Of a stretch of 64,000 nucleotides of DNA, positions 1 to 13,729 are shown one piece after another; the stretch's first letter is position 1, and each line of letters opens with the position of its first letter. The notes beneath the pieces are model-generated. The model was not told where the DNA came from, made no database searches, and saw only the letters and a list, made by a program, of their open reading frames with translations. The stretch covers positions 186,001 through 250,000 of the forward strand of contig JAYWIR010000040.1 in the NCBI GenBank assembly GCA_036172245.1, given 5' to 3'. The stretch comes from Raillietiella orientalis. Its lineage: Eukaryota. Both the position numbers and the translations under genes were made by a program.

Positions 1-1620
1 CAGAACCATCCCTTTTTTCCTCACTACTCATCAGGAAGTGTGCGGAAGCGTGGGGTGTTCTGCGATGAAGACAATCGGTGACAGTGTTTTCAATATTTGA
101 AATCCATTCAAGACGAAATTCGATACAGCATACTCCTCATCGTGGTCATCCTAACTTCTATAGAATTACATAGCAGCATGATTTGATATGCGATCGTGCA
201 TGGCTACTTCTCGGCGCGTGTCCACCCAGTTCTTTTCATGCATTTACCGATTGGGATGGACCCATTCAGCCAAGCAGCATCAACCCACAATAAGGAAATT
301 TAGCATCAGGCCAAAATACACGCATGAAACGCTTGAAAATACAAAGGAAACGATGACGCTAAAAGAAAAAGGCATCAAATAAACTGAGTTCCCATCTAGA
401 ATATTGGCACTGCTCCTACTGCTACGGTACAAAGGACTACTGAAGGGAGGGCAAGCGGCTTTTGGCTGACCTTAAAAGCACAAAAGAAAGATTCCACCAT
501 GGAAAATAGAAGCTTCTACAGACGAAATGACTCTTGCGTCTGATGCTTCCACGAATTCGCTGCATTCTGAAATGCGAAATGGAAGGCAGCAAACGCGATG
601 GTACGAGAGGTCGCAAGAAGTTGATGTGCACTGCAAACATTGAGATTGCGGATGTGCAGCAGTGCGATAGTGTTGGAAATGTGTCGTAATGACCTCAGTA
701 GACATTAGCGTGGTATCCACGAAGGCACTTGTGTGCCATTGGAATATAAGCCATCAGAGTGTATCGGTGAACTAAGGCCTTCATGAATTCGATACACCAT
801 CGATATTTGAGCTGATGAGGCAGAACTAGTCTTCTGCGAGGATTCCGTCGCGGAAAGATGACTTTTGCAAGAGCTCTAGGAATTCGCGGATAGAATCCAC
901 TCCAAGTTTCGCCGTTCTGGGGATCAGAATTTCGAACCCAACTCGGAATTTGACATCATGTTAATGTGGACCCCATCGTGCAAATTTCTCAGGTAGATTG
1001 CATGTTATGTTCCAAGTGGAACGAAGCTTTGTGGTCTACTTTGTGGTCCTCGGTCTTCCGCGTTCAAACGGTCAACTGCAGCATTCCTATAAATTTATAT
1101 GTTGAATGCATGCGGAAATATGGTAGAAAAGTACCCAGTTTCCTTGGTCGGGTTTTCGAAAAATGGAATTGTTGTTCTTTGCTTTGCAAAGAGAAATTGT
1201 CACCGTTTCACTCTTTAATGGAGAGATCTGAGAGATACGCGGAAGAAACCAACCCATGTTCTGAACTCAAAGTTCTAAAATTCGGCTGAGCATCTTCAGA
1301 GCAAGATTCGAATGCGGAGACGTACCTTTTTATTTCGCTGCAGGAATGTAGAATCGCTATTGCAAAGATCAGGAGCTTCATTCCTTCCCAGCTACTGCAA
1401 CTTTTTCCGGAAATTTCGATGTGATTGGCTGAAAAGAAAAAAAAGACTTTTCGCTGTGGAAAGCAAATTCTGAATATGTTGAACTTTGCAAATGATTGAA
1501 GGTCGTGATAAAGAGTGAATGTTACGTTTTTACAGGATAACACTGGTAACAGTGTTGCAGTGTTAGACAAACCACAAAGTCGTCTGGTTGCTTGGCAGCA
1601 ATCCCAACTTAACAGCAACT
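1..1620. repeat. Diverged paralogous copy of ~31060-32465 (decayed, unidentified coding-like sequence)
   Basis: Colinear similarity by eye, e.g. 'tgtgcggaagcgtggggtgttctgcgatgaagacaat' (~39) vs 'tgtgcggaagcgtggagtgttctgcgacaaagacaat' (~31102); translations NAETYLFISLQECRIAIAKIRSFI vs NAEKYLFVPLQHCSTAIPKMRNLI. Many substitutions and indels. Confidence 0.85.
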
Positions 1621-1688
1621 GTCATGCGCAGCGAAAAACCCTGCAGCTATTGCTCTCGAAGTGGTAGCTATTGGACAAGGAAAATTGA

Positions 1689-2360
1689 TACATTCTCTTA
1701 GTCTGTTTGTACCTTCTGAGCAAATGGGTACAAGCTTATCTTATAATCAGTCGACGTAAATTTGTAGGAGGTAAAGGTTATGGAATGATTGTAGTTTAGA
1801 AAACCCTTCCGTCAAGCAATCAACTTCGAAGTTCGTACGCACCTGAAGTCCACTGTACACGAAATGCAGTGTCGTTGCTTACCAAATGAATGAACAGTGT
1901 ACAGGAGAACTTTTTTCTGAACTTGGATGCACGCAACCACACAAACCGTGCGCAGATGAGTGAGAGTTTAGGGCGATCTGGAGGAAAGCATGGTTTCAGG
2001 TGGAGTCTTTATCCAAAACCTCGGTCCGTTATTCGTCAATTTGGCGTGACAATAAAAATGAAATTCACATGATATTCGACAGCTGTGCATTGCTAATATG
2101 GAACTTTTTTCAGGGTGCGTTTACTACCACGAGTAGTTTTCTTCCGTGTGAATCCAGCTTTGTTCGTTGGGCAAACCTTCTGTGCTCATACGTCAAAGTT
2201 GTCGTTTGCTAGGTCACAGCCCTTCGTTGTGCACTTCCCTCAGCATTCAGGAATCCATACTACTGCGGGTCCACTGGTGTGCTTGAGATTTGGAAGGGCT
2301 TTTGTCAAAGGGAGATGTGAGTTCAGCTGGAAGCTGGAAGACAAGGTCATTTGTAATCAT
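1689..2360. repeat. Near-identical direct repeat, copy 1 (partner 33392-34038)
   Basis: Constant offset of 31703 (identical ORFs 1890/33593 and 2000/33703); I count about 6 substitutions over 1689-2265, then indels and lower identity to ~2360. Confidence 0.95.
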
Positions 2361-2829
2361 ATTGGGTGTTATCAGAAGTTTGATGTGTCAGTTAGTGATT
2401 CTCCATGGTAGAACTCAAAAAAAAAATAATTTCTTATTGACTGTTGACTGGACGACGAGTTTTAGAAACGAGACTCTTTCCTTGTGCTACGAAATCTATA
2501 AGATTAAACCTTTCCGCTGCTTACAAACTTCCATAAATGCCAGAAAATACACATATGTGATGAATATCGAGAATTTTGCTTTCTCAGAAGAGCCATCACT
2601 TGCGATTTCGTCTTTATACTAGTATGACTGTGTAATTCAGAATTAATGCAGATCCAAAAACAAAGGAACTCTGAAAAGAGAGTAATGAGGTTTAATGGAA
2701 TCTGGCTGTAGCGGCAAAGTGCAAGCAAATACTTTAAATTTGGCTGATCATTATTCCGAATCGCGATGGGGTGAATTTATTAAACAATCCCCAAAATGAA
2801 ATCGAACCAATAAATACTCTTAGTTTTGC

Positions 2830-4560
2830 CACTCCACCGCCACCCGCGCGGAAGAAACGCTATACTGCCCTGGCTTTCCTTTTGGCCATCTTCATGCAGT
2901 GTAAAAGAGTCCAAGGGGGCATTTTGACGCATGCGCGGGTGCTATCGCCTTTTTTCAGAAGTCTTTGCAGGGTATCTCTTGGGTTGTTTAGATGGCCGTT
3001 CGTCAGCTGCGTCTCCTTGACGAGGATGCCCTTTAGCGGGAGCGAGACGGTCATTTTCATGACAGAGTTCTAGCTGTACACGCAAACTTAAATATCAAGC
3101 GGTCCTCTAAAGATCTCTAGTTTGGTTCTTAGTCACATAGCGAAGGTTTACCGAACCACTTTCCAGTCATAGACAAAGGGTGAGGAAGGTATGGACATGT
3201 AATTCGTCTTCGGTTGATCTGCATTCGGGACACTATTCGTCGTCGGATTTCCTGGTCTATTGCTGGAGTCACGTCTTGCAGAGGATGCTTTTATAAAAAA
3301 ACAAACCTAAACGACCGGTTGTAACAAACATTCATTGGGACAGTTCTCTGTCCCAATGAACTGCAATTTGACTGCAGGTTCACTCAACCTGCACCGCATT
3401 TTCCTCAGCGCTTCCGCTTCAGCAGAAATGTCTGGATAGCAAAACCGAGGAGATACTGATGAAGATTTTTTGTAGCCCTTCGGATGGCTAAGCTAGTATG
3501 CCGGCACCCTTTAATCATTTCTCAGAAATTCCTTTCTTGGCGGGAAAAGTTCAAACTTCAGCGTGAAAGGTCAGACAACACTGATGTTCTCCTTTGCTTT
3601 AATGAGATCAGGTGCTCCTCAAGGTAGATGTGATCCACGAAACCTTCCATTCCAAGTTCGCGAACGAGCAATTCACGTGAACATATCTCCTTAGCCGACG
3701 ACGTTTCCGCAGGGAATCTTTGAAAAGCAGTTGGGCGTTTTTGAATTTTCCAGCAATGAGATGCGAGCCCTGGCTCCGGAAATCGAGAGCCATCGGCTTT
3801 GAGGCACACCGAATAACTCCATTCATTTGGTGGGCAGAAGAAGCCACTCGGCACATAGACGTTCGTCACTACGGGATCGATAGAATGCGACCACTTGAGA
3901 ACGATTCATCGGATTCAGCCTCCCGCGTTAAAGCGAACGCTACGCAGCGCTCCTGTTATCCTGCGATGCACGAGAAACTCGAATTTTCATGTTCCTGATA
4001 AACCTTGCCAGCATTGTAGCGTCCCACCTGGGCGCTGCTCGAGCTGGCAACCCTGATCCCAAAGGTTAATTTCTTTTATAAAATAAACGTCGCGATCTGT
4101 CATTTGCTCTTTCGCACTGAAACTGAAATCCATGTTCGCGAAGAACACATTGGAGTTCATGCTCCGCCTGTAAGCAGTGTAAGTCTGCTGCGGGCTGATG
4201 AAGCTTTCCGCCTTCCGTCCTGACCCATCCGACAACAGTTTTGCAAACTTCGCTTCCGAGTTCAACACGGTGATCGGATGTCAGTTGCTGAGGTGGCGTA
4301 AGTGGGAGAAGACGCATCCGTGATGATTGAGAAAAGGTAGGAGCGTCACTTGTATCCCGAATCAGCGGCGTTAAGCGCTGCATCCGGAGGGTCAGCTCCA
4401 TTGCGAAGCATTGAAAGAACTTCGCCGGCGCGTCCTTCTTCACTGATGTCTTCCGCCTTCTCAGCTTACGGATTGTGGTGGTGATTGCACCTATCGTGAA
4501 AGAGTCGTCGAAGCGCACTCTGTACACCTCACTGATCGCTGTGTCGGCTTCTAGAAGCAA
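2830..4560 (-). mobile_element. Decayed Tx1/L1-like family A fragment (ORF1 tail, APE endonuclease, start of EN-RT linker)
   Basis: TNVYVPSG and FVDHIYLEEHL...VLSDLSR (3558-3869) match TNVYAPSG and IDHVYLEQHL...LSDH in the family A copies at 56-64 kb. Confidence 0.6.
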
Positions 4561-4619
4561 GGACCTGGGATGATTCGATCCGGAGGTAAAAATAATACTT
4601 TCACACGATGCGCCTTACC

Positions 4620-5350
4620 TTTTGTGGGAACGTACTTGTTTTTGTTCGCTCCGTTGAGGATAGCTTCGCATGAAGGTAGTATGGTGAGTGAGTGCTCATT
4701 TGAAGGCAGAAATGTCGAATAACGTCGCTTCGACGGAAGAAGTGGACGAAGTTCCCTCGCCCCCCGAGTTCATGTAAGTAGAAGCTAGTGACCCAAGGAA
4801 TCGTTTCCCACCGCAACGAGGGGATGGAGTGTTGTGGCTGTAGCACCGCCGCCATCCACAGCGAATGAATATCGGGCGTACAAGACTGATGTGTAGAGCT
4901 TGACAATACTACGTAAGGTACGAATTCTTTAATCTACCTCGACAATATGCTTCTGCTTGCAGGAACCTGGAAAATTGAACATCCCTAGGAATGAGGTAAT
5001 CGGCCTCTCCGTTTGCAGCGAGAGGCAGCTGGTATTATTAAACTGCAAGAGTGGAGCACTCAGCAGCTGCTTAGAACCTCCATTACAATGGGATGACGAA
5101 AAATTTTTCCATTTCAGGTGGACACTTTGGCGAAATTCGCCACGATGCATGCAATGTGAGAAGCTCTAGGGGTCCCCACATTGCAATGTTGGGGGAGTTG
5201 CCTCAGCCGAGCACCCTCAAGGGATCCTTGTTCACAGTAAACTCGCCGCGGTTCGGCACACTATGCCGAGCCGTCGATCATTGCCTCAGCACCTTCAGGT
5301 GAAAGACAGTCGTTTACCTGTGGTACTCAGGCGAGTCTCGCGCGTGAGAG
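4620..5350 (+). mobile_element. Decayed family A 5' end and gag-like ORF1
   Basis: TRGWSVVAVAPPPSTANEYRAY, LNIPRNEVIGLSV, DTLAKFATMHAM and VVYLWYSG align with the ORF1s at 51880 (TRTWSAMVAAPSAEALEEKRAY) and 59031 (VLAKFATVHAL, VVHLWFIG). Confidence 0.7.
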
Positions 5351-5499
5351 TAGGGCGGCGAAGACTGGCACCGTTTGAAGACACTCCCCTAAGGAAGCCG
5401 GGAACGATTCAAAAAAAAGTCCCGAACTTGTAAGTTCAAAGGAAACCGCGATGCTACGCTGCACGAAAGAGTTGGCAAAAAAAACGCAGCTAATAAAAA

Positions 5500-8400
5500 C
5501 GAAACTCCAGTACTCGTTTTTACTTTCAGAAGCGTTTTTAAGTCTCTCTAACTGTCAATTGCTTGTCATGTTCAGGGGTCATTGGGTTCTTCTTGTTGGG
5601 ATTCTATTCACTTTGCTGTGTTCTTCGGTCCTTTTCAGGATAAAAGGATAAGTCCAAGTAGGGACGCATTCACAGCTCCTGATCCTGATTTCCTGTTTTA
5701 ATAGTTTTTTCAGAATGTGCACTGCCGATGCATTCTTCATCCGCGTCCGCATTTTTGTCCGCATTTTTGAGGAAAAACATCAGGAGGTCATTCTGAATGT
5801 ACGATGGTAAGTCTCTCGTCCAGACCGTGGTTCCAGCCGACAGCAGCTTCCCTTAGCAGCATCCGTAGAGGATGCGGTAATATACTGAGTGTCTACCTGG
5901 TCCGGGTTTTTTGTTATTGCTTCTCGGATGTTTGCTCTAATGATCAAAAGACGGAAGTTGGATTCCTGATGTTTCCAGAGCTCTTGATACTTGTGTGAAT
6001 ATTCCCACCATTTTTCGAGACAAAACAGTCACATCTTCTAGAGGTCAGTGCTTGTTGCGTACTGCTTGCCGTTCTTGATGGTCATCCTTGGTATCTAAAA
6101 AATCCACTCCTTCGTTTCCAGAGAGATGCACAGGAAGCATGATATGACGAACTGTCTGTTCGTCTTTGTAGATTTCTTCCCTTTGGCACTAGTCTGATTT
6201 GGTGGGTGTTCACCAGTGCCTGCTACCTTTTCCAAGTGGGATCGATATCTCCCCACTTTCGATGATTGCCTATTAGGTCAGGCATATCAGGCAGACATCA
6301 GGTCTCTCAAGTTGTTTTGCAGCTGCGAGAAAGTTCTGTGCGACGCATAAGGCCACTCGTCCCATTTGGTGGCAAGATCCGGTATGTTTCGCACGTCCAG
6401 GAGACCCATGGATCACTTCAGCGACTTCATCCCGGTCTCGCCTCTCTCTTGCGGTCTTCATGAGAATGTTAGCTTGACTCACGGCTTGAGCTGTTTTTAC
6501 AACGTTTTCCGCTGCCGTTGTTCCACCTCCTCGCTAGTCCGATCTGTCCAGTCGGCAGTGAGCCGCTACGAAGAGCATCATGAGAAGAACTCCGTTCCAG
6601 AAGTCTGTCCTCTGCTTCAAGCAGAAGTCAAGCCGGTCGTATTTCGCAGCATCTTCTCTCGTTTTTTCGAGGATTTTATTTCACATTGTGGCGAAGCCGA
6701 GGCGTCTCCGATGTGGATTCCTAGGTACTTGATTTCGTCCTCCACCCGGAATGCTTGCTTCGTTAACGTGAAGAAGTCCAGGATTCCGATGGGCAAGAGC
6801 TGGGGTTTCTGGGGCTGATATTTAAGCACCGTCCTTCTTCCACAGACTCGACGACACCGAGGAACGCATACTCATTCCTTTCGTCTTTCAGGTGCAGAAG
6901 CAAATCGTCTGCATGCGCCAGGTGAGTCAGCTGGAAAGCGTCGTTGGAAAATATCCTGCTTGCTTCTTGACAGTTCTCGACGTCGAAAGTGCAAGGTGTA
7001 ATGCAGGTGAAAAAGCTCCGCTATTTATTCCGACGACTGTCGCAGCTGATCCAGGTGCTGGAGGTAGATATCCGTTGCTAGAGTCTTTTACTGAACGCCC
7101 GCTTCCTCTCTCACGTTTGGGAAGACGTACCGGCTCCCGTACTATTCCATGTACCTGAAGAAGGAGAAATCTTAGATGTTTTTCTCCCGAAAATTTTCCT
7201 GTCTAATGCTCCTGTTTCCAAATTGCGAATCACAGAACACGTGGATGTTATGCTTCAGATTATTCGAGTTCTCGACCCTACGGATTGTGGTGTCCCACAG
7301 GATGGTTTCTTTCAATTGCTGGTGATAGAGAAGCGTTTTGAATAAAGCAGGTATGCAGACGAACGCTGTCTTGGTTCCTGCCTGCTTCTGGGCTCTTTGC
7401 TTTAAGTGTGAATCAAAGCAGCGGATGTTCCGGGAGCGGAGTCTGCGTGTCTCGGATTCCCTGCACGCGGCTGTCGATGTCTTGACTGTTAAAGGACGTT
7501 TCGATCGGTTTGTGGCTGGCTGTCAACCGCAGCAATCCAAATTCGTCGAAAGTCTGCCGATACGCCACCTTTATCGCGGTAACCCTGAAATGGGTCGTGA
7601 TGTCCGGGATATTCAGGTATCCCACGACAACGTCGATGTACTTAGGTGCGACCTTGCTGCGCAGGAGACTCCCCACAACCTCCGTACATAGGTCCTTTTG
7701 CCGGTGGGTTCCAGGCACATTCACGAAATATAGGTGAACTGCGCCCGACCAGAACATTCGAGTTCTGAAGATGCTACTGGCCACAAAGAAGGGGATTCCA
7801 GAACGGCGTGCACGATCCTGTTTTTGACCGAGGATCGCAACATCCTTGATCTGCCTCTCCCCTGGTCTCAAGAACAACTTGGCGTACAGCCGCCGTTCAA
7901 AATCGCGATAGATCTGGTGTCGCCGTAGGCTTCCTCTCAGCGAAATCGTCTTCCCCCATGTCGCTGCTGGACTCAACGTAATCTGTTTTGTCTTCGGCTG
8001 GTGTTTCTTCTTTGTGTGCTCCTCGGCATGCATGCTTGATTAGCCTGACAGAGTGGTCTGCCTCTCTTTTCAATGCCACGACTGAGGCCTTTGCCGCCTT
8101 GAGAACTTCCTCCTCTTGAACATTCATGTCGTTAATGACCATGACAACTATGTCTTTCTGTAGTGAGGAGAAACAATGCAGAGTATCCTGCTGTTTTTCC
8201 TACCTGTGCTCTTGGAAAATAACCTCAATCAAGGTGGCTGCCTTTTCTCCCATTTCCATCTCTTGCTGCTTCTCCTTCTCCCTTATGTCCAATTTTTCCG
8301 CTGCTAATGAAGGGAGGAAAATCTCTTCGCTCGCGACATCCCTCTACTTCTTTTGCTTCTTCCTTATTTCCTTAAAGCTCACGGATGCTCTGGAGCTGGG

Positions 8401-9630
8401 GGACTTTACTTTTTCTTGCACTATGAGTTCAACTTTAGGAAATGAGGGCAGTCCCTGGGTCTCGAGCCGCTTGAGATATTCCTGACATTCCCTTTTGATG
8501 TGACCTGATTCTGCGCAGTAGTGGCACTGTAGGGGCCTTGTGTAGGCTTTGACAAAATAGCCCTGCTGACATTTGAAACATTAAACTCTCGGACATGCGC
8601 CCAGTCATTGTCTGAACTGCTTGCATCCCGCTCAGAACGTGGATTCCAGGAGGTCAAGGACCAGCACGTTTAGGGAGTGTGCTTCGATGCAAACTTCTCC
8701 CGGCAACTTCGCATCCTCCTAGAGTTTGATTTTGGCAATCGTCTTGGCTTCGGCCATTAAGTTGAGGGTATTCACCATTTGTACTCAACTATAGGGAGTC
8801 TGGAAGTCCCACACGACCTTCAGTTCTGTGAAATCACTGATTCCTAACAGATATACAGAGGTGTGGCCTGCTTCTCCCATGTTGCACAAGTAACGTCCAT
8901 TTATGAGCATTCCTAGTTCCAGCATCAGCTTCTGCAACACTCTATTAAAGGTGTAAATAATAAAGTCACTTTCACTTGGCATGATGGCATTTATATCATG
9001 AAAATGAACTTTTTCTCGTGCATCGCGACGTAGATATAGCAGATGTTCTTAATTCTAAAATGGTCTGCCTTGAAGGCCACTGTTTTGACCATCGCTTCTA
9101 ATTTCCAGGCAGCCTCTTTACCATTTTAATTCCAAAGATGACGGGCGTCGTTCGTCTCGCCACTGCTGCCAACGGCGCGTGCGAAGTTGTTGATTGCGCA
9201 GCCGTGAATAGTGCGTGGGACCGGAGCGCAAGCGTTCCTACCGACGCTTGAGCGGTTACATCGCTGGAGGGCGCCATTGGGCACTCTCCCATTGCATTTT
9301 TTCCCCGCACCTACTGGAAGTGGAATCCTAGAGTCCTTCCTCTTTTCACCAGTTGCACACTCAAGCTGGTAGTTGGGAAGGGAGGAATGCAACAAGGGTT
9401 AACCTCTCTATTCACTAGACGCGTGCAGATTTTGTTGCGCGCGTACGCGAAGCATCGCCATTGTTTTTTTCGTTGCTCGTGGCTCCCGCCTACGTGCAAA
9501 CGGTTTCCTGCAGCCATGCACTACCGTTCATGGGGATGCAGAAAATCCATCCCATGTTTATCCTCGTCAGTGTAGTCACCATCCAAAGCTGCAATTCGCA
9601 TTGCAGGATGTGGTGGCGGAAGAGTTCAAG
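5500..9630 (-). mobile_element. Decayed, near full-length family B Tx1/L1-like retrotransposon; most of the RT is deleted near ~6950-7000
   Basis: ORF1 remnant MPSESDFIIYTFNRVL...HTSVYLLGIS (8785-8982) is homologous to 44918-45439. EN remnant FVNVPGTH...SKVAPKYIDVVVGYLNI (7413-8033); QLLPIGILDF...KYLGIHIGD (6617-6829); C-terminus HILKKLLKQEIRIRSCECVPTWTY matches the ORFs at 45839 and 60420. Confidence 0.85.
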
Positions 9631-9654
9631 GAAGGACGCAAGGCCCGCGCTGCT

Positions 9655-10590
9655 TTCCACAGGAGAGCGCTGGGACGTTTGTTACACACTGTCTGGAAAC
9701 CAAGTTAACACACAAAGGATAAAAAAGTTCGAGGGGAAAGCTTCCCGACACGAAGGTCGGTTCTAACAAAAATCCGAAACGGGAAGGAGGAAACCACAAA
9801 TACAAATATGGATAACACAACAAAAGATTTGAGGGTGGCACGGGACAGGTGTCTCTGGGTTCGGCAGTTCCTTCCTTCGAGAACCAGCGTTCGATGCCGA
9901 ATATCTCCTTCCTTACTTTTTCCAGGTGATGAGGCCACCTTGGAAGCCTTTTTGACTTCGGCAATTGCGGTGGCCTCTCGAAGAATCGTCCGCGTCTCCG
10001 ACTAGCGGCGGGCCTTGACGATGGTGCGGATACAACTGCTTGTTGCCATGACCTCACCGAACGAAAAACGGCCTTGTGTAAAGAAGCAGCACATCAAATT
10101 CGTTGCGGTACCTCCCTGGTGCAGGAGCTCTGAAACCAGCCTTTGCCACAGTCCTTGGAGGCCACCAAAGTCGAATAACAGGTGAGGGAGCTAAAGTCTA
10201 AGCAGTCTATATTGCATCTTAAGTCCACTCAGCAATCAATTGTAGTTTAGAAGCAAACTTAATTTTTACAAGAAAAATATTTCAAACAGCAAGATACCTT
10301 TGATTGAAGGAGAGCACCAAGCTAGGCAACTGAACCGGTTAGCTGTTTCAACTAAATTAATAAATTTTAATAGATAAGGAGAAACCGTTATGAAAACACC
10401 AAAGAAAATAGTAAAAGCTATTGCTAAAAATTTCAGAAATTGGAAGGGTACCACTCAGCGTTTCCGATGCCCCGCACCGTCCACAGTTCTGGGAGGCAAT
10501 TCTTAGAATGAGATGGTTGCAATAGAAACATAATGCATTAGCAATAACACACTTCCATTGTAAGAGCACAGAAGTGTGCACGCACGAGTG
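9655..10590 (-). mobile_element. Decayed family A 3' fragment (zf-RVT region + 3' UTR), interrupted by an AT-rich ~260 bp insert at ~10190-10450
   Basis: SQNCGRCGASETL | LPHLLFDFGGLQGLWQRLVSELLHQGGTA aligns with SPNCKRCGEVETLPHLLLDCGALLGLWRRLASALLHQGDTA (54104 ORF); 3' UTR is colinear with 53881-54180. Confidence 0.8.
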
Positions 10591-13150
10591 AGGGACAACA
10601 AATTCTTTAGAAAGCACACTCTATTTTAAGCATCTGATTATTACAATGAGTTATGCGTGAGTTTAAGTGGGAGGCACAGTGACACAGATGATCTAGGGTT
10701 TCTTTAAGGTAGTTATAATATCTGGAGTTTTCCAAAAAACCTGATAGTTTGCCATCTTTACTGAGAACAAATTACTTCAGTTTCGCTGTATAGATGAATC
10801 GCCAGTCAGCAAATTGTAGCACTCAGGTAAGAATGACTTTGAGACTAGATGCAATGCCACACATAACATGATACGACCTTGATCGGGTTTGGCTAGTAAG
10901 GAGGATTTCCCAGTATCTTAGATGTGAGATCACACTTTACTCACTTTGCCTTCTCCCTCAGGCAGATAGTAATTCCTGGTTCATATACTGGGTCAGAGGG
11001 ATTCAGAACGTAAAGTGTACTACTTAAGTTTTCCATCCCCCGAAGAGATCCTTCATTACTGATCGGCATATTTGCCAGAAGGTTCGTGGGTCATCATTGG
11101 ATTTATTTAGGGAAGGTTTTGTAGAATCATTTCAATCAGTTGTTTTAAGTGTATAGTCAGGAAGGCAGTGAGATTTTTTGGACTGAATCAAGAAAAGAGC
11201 ACATAGCTAAGTTTCAAACCTTGATGTCAGGGCTCGTTAAACACTTGAAAGCACATTCAAGTATCATATTTTTCCACTATTTAACTAGGGACATCACTGC
11301 AGAGCATCCATATTTCGTTTTTTCATAAAGGTATTCACATGATGAGCCTTGGGTAGATGAGAGTATCGATTGTTTAGGTTTGTTTTTCATGAGTTCATCC
11401 AATTGTGTGAAATCATATAAGTATTCACTTCTCATCCTTAGATCATGAACAAAAAAGAGAGAATAAGAAATATCCAATTAGATTTTCCCACAGTGCTAAT
11501 TGTGAGTCACGTATTGTGATCAGCTTACGTTGGAATTCTGCAGTGGAGTCAACATAGCAGAGATGGTCAGAGCTCACTGGCTTTCCCAGGTGCTTGTATG
11601 TGTTCACGGCCACCGGCACGGGGATCTGTTTGCCATCCTTGAAAATCAAGCTTGCAACCACTTGTGAAGCAAGCTTAACAGTGCGAAGCGCACTTTTGGG
11701 GATTCAAATCAAGCTCTGCTTGTTTTAGAATATCAGTGGTGAAAGAGACTGCATCTTGTAGTTCCTCATAGATATTGCGATGTTAGCATGATGGTCAGTG
11801 TATTCTATGGGACAAATGTGTTCGTTTCATTGGGCAGGGAGTTTCAGTATGGGTTGAAATGCTAGGTTGAATAGCAAATCACTGAGAAGCAGCCCTGTCT
11901 GATGCCTGAGGCAATGGGTGTTGACTAAGTCATGCCGACGGAGCAGGTTATCAGATATGACTGCTGTAAGTATAGATCTCGGATCAGCTCAGTTAATTGT
12001 ATGTTTATTCCAAAGCGAAGTAGGGAAGCTAAAGTCAAGGAGTAAGAAACCTAGGAGAACGCATCCTCGAGGTCCAGTCAACACATTGCAATGTCCTCAT
12101 GATGAACTCGTGACTTTTCAAGTAACGTTGCAAGCACAAAGGACAACATCGTATGGAAAGAATCTTTGCTGTTGAATTCCAACTATGAAGCTTCCCAATA
12201 TCCAAGTATCAGTCTCCTCGCGAGGATTCTGAAAAGAATATTTTTCTGAGAGTAAAAGTGAAGGTATTAGAAGGGAACTACGGAACATTGCTTGGAACGG
12301 TAAGTTTCCCTTTAAAAATTAGCAATGTTTTGGAGTTTTTGCATTCAAAGGAGCTATGCTTGTGCTGTAGATTTATAGAAAATAGTAGTACTAGGCAATT
12401 TTTTCCTGGGTCTACAGGGTATGAGATTCCATTCCGTCTAGGGGTCCAGTCCAAAGTGGGGTTTAAGGCCACCTTAACTTGGAGTGATGAGAGAGGGGTT
12501 GAAAGAGGCTGTGACTTTATTTTGGGAAAAGTCTGTGTTGCATTGACTTGAGTAAAATTTCTTTTTACAGAATGCTTGCACAGCCTCTGTGTAGCTGGAA
12601 TATGAAGGAAGATTTAAATGGAGGATCGCTCGAATCGCCAGTTTACCGATCTTGCGATGTAACGATTGTTACATTAGGGACATTCGTGAAGACACTGAGA
12701 GGTTTGAAAGTACAAAGAAACTGCAATATTTTGAGAGTATTTTTGCATTGATATCGTTCATGAGCATCATAGCATAATTCCACGTATCCAAAGACGAGGG
12801 TTGATCGCACAACCATTGTAACTTCTACACTTAGTGTCGTCTGAAGTGATGAAGGAGACTGTGAACTGTATGATAGGGTCTGCGGGAGTCATTACGGGAA
12901 AGAGTCAGGGAGAGAGGTGTTTGACTAGTCATCAGATTGTGAATGCGGTTTTTAATATGAGAGAGGGTTCCTGTGTCTACTGTGCTCATGTGATTTGGTT
13001 ATTGAGCGCTTCTATTTTCAATTGGTATTACAGTAATGCCTTCGTGAAGCTGAAGCTAGGAAAGGGAAGGAAACCTGTTGTAAATGGGAAGAGTAGGTGT
13101 TAAGGATTTCTTCACGCACTAGGAAACAATTGTCATACTTCAGGAACTGC
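10590..13150 (-). mobile_element. Decayed Utopia/NeSL-type (RLE-class) non-LTR retrotransposon
   Basis: Frameshifted RT motifs SKTLLIFKG, QQRFFPYD, LDLEDAF, SGIRQGC/LSDLLFNLAFQPIL, DLNPQKCAS, YKHLGKPV, DSQLALWE, AFKCLTSPD; post-RT KPDQGR...CVA...FADWRFI resembles the Utopia FADWRFIHRARLN signature; ETLDHLCHC knuckle remnant at ~10680. 5' boundary uncertain. Confidence 0.8.
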
Positions 13151-13729
13151 TTCTGGTGCCATTTCTCCTTCCAAGGGACAGGCACAGTTTCTGACGGCGA
13201 ACCAGGGCACTGATCGTCCATCCGAACGGTGGCAATGCGGCCTGCACATCCACACTTAGCGATAGGCGTCTTGCTTGGAGGCACCATGACAGTCTTGACT
13301 CTCAACGTGAAAGAGCCGCAGATCGTAAAGGATTTCCTTCTATTCCTGCGCGCCTTCGCCGCAACGTCGCCCGGTGCAGACTTTTTTTCCTCCGAGACGC
13401 CGCTCTAACCAGATAGAACAGACGGATCTCCTGTCGGCCGTCTAACGGTAAAGTCTGCTTTCAATAAATCTTTCGCAGGTGCACAAGGCCAACGAGTCGA
13501 GTCCGAATTCGCAGCAGCGAATTCTGTACACTTTATACAGCAGGTACTTTCTCCAGGAGATCGTTGTTTATCCCACCAATTGCGCGTGACTTCCCTTGCT
13601 GCGACGCCACCCTTCCTGAGGAAACGTTTTGGCATGGATTCACCAGCAAGACGGGAAGTCTGCTAAAAAATCCACTCCAGGAGCAAACATTTAAACGGTT
13701 GGAACACGGAACAGCTGACAAGCTGCGAC

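Noticed and set aside
452..475. 'cggcttttggct' resembling the 5' end of U2 snRNA (Utopia target)
   Set aside because: Match is ~12 nt, does not extend, is altered in the paralogue at ~31505, and is far from the Utopia fragment.
5484..5522. Hairpin AAAAACGA-N-TCGTTTTT near the 3' end of the old family B copy
   Set aside because: Low-complexity stem in a decayed region; it does not match the other family B termini in sequence.
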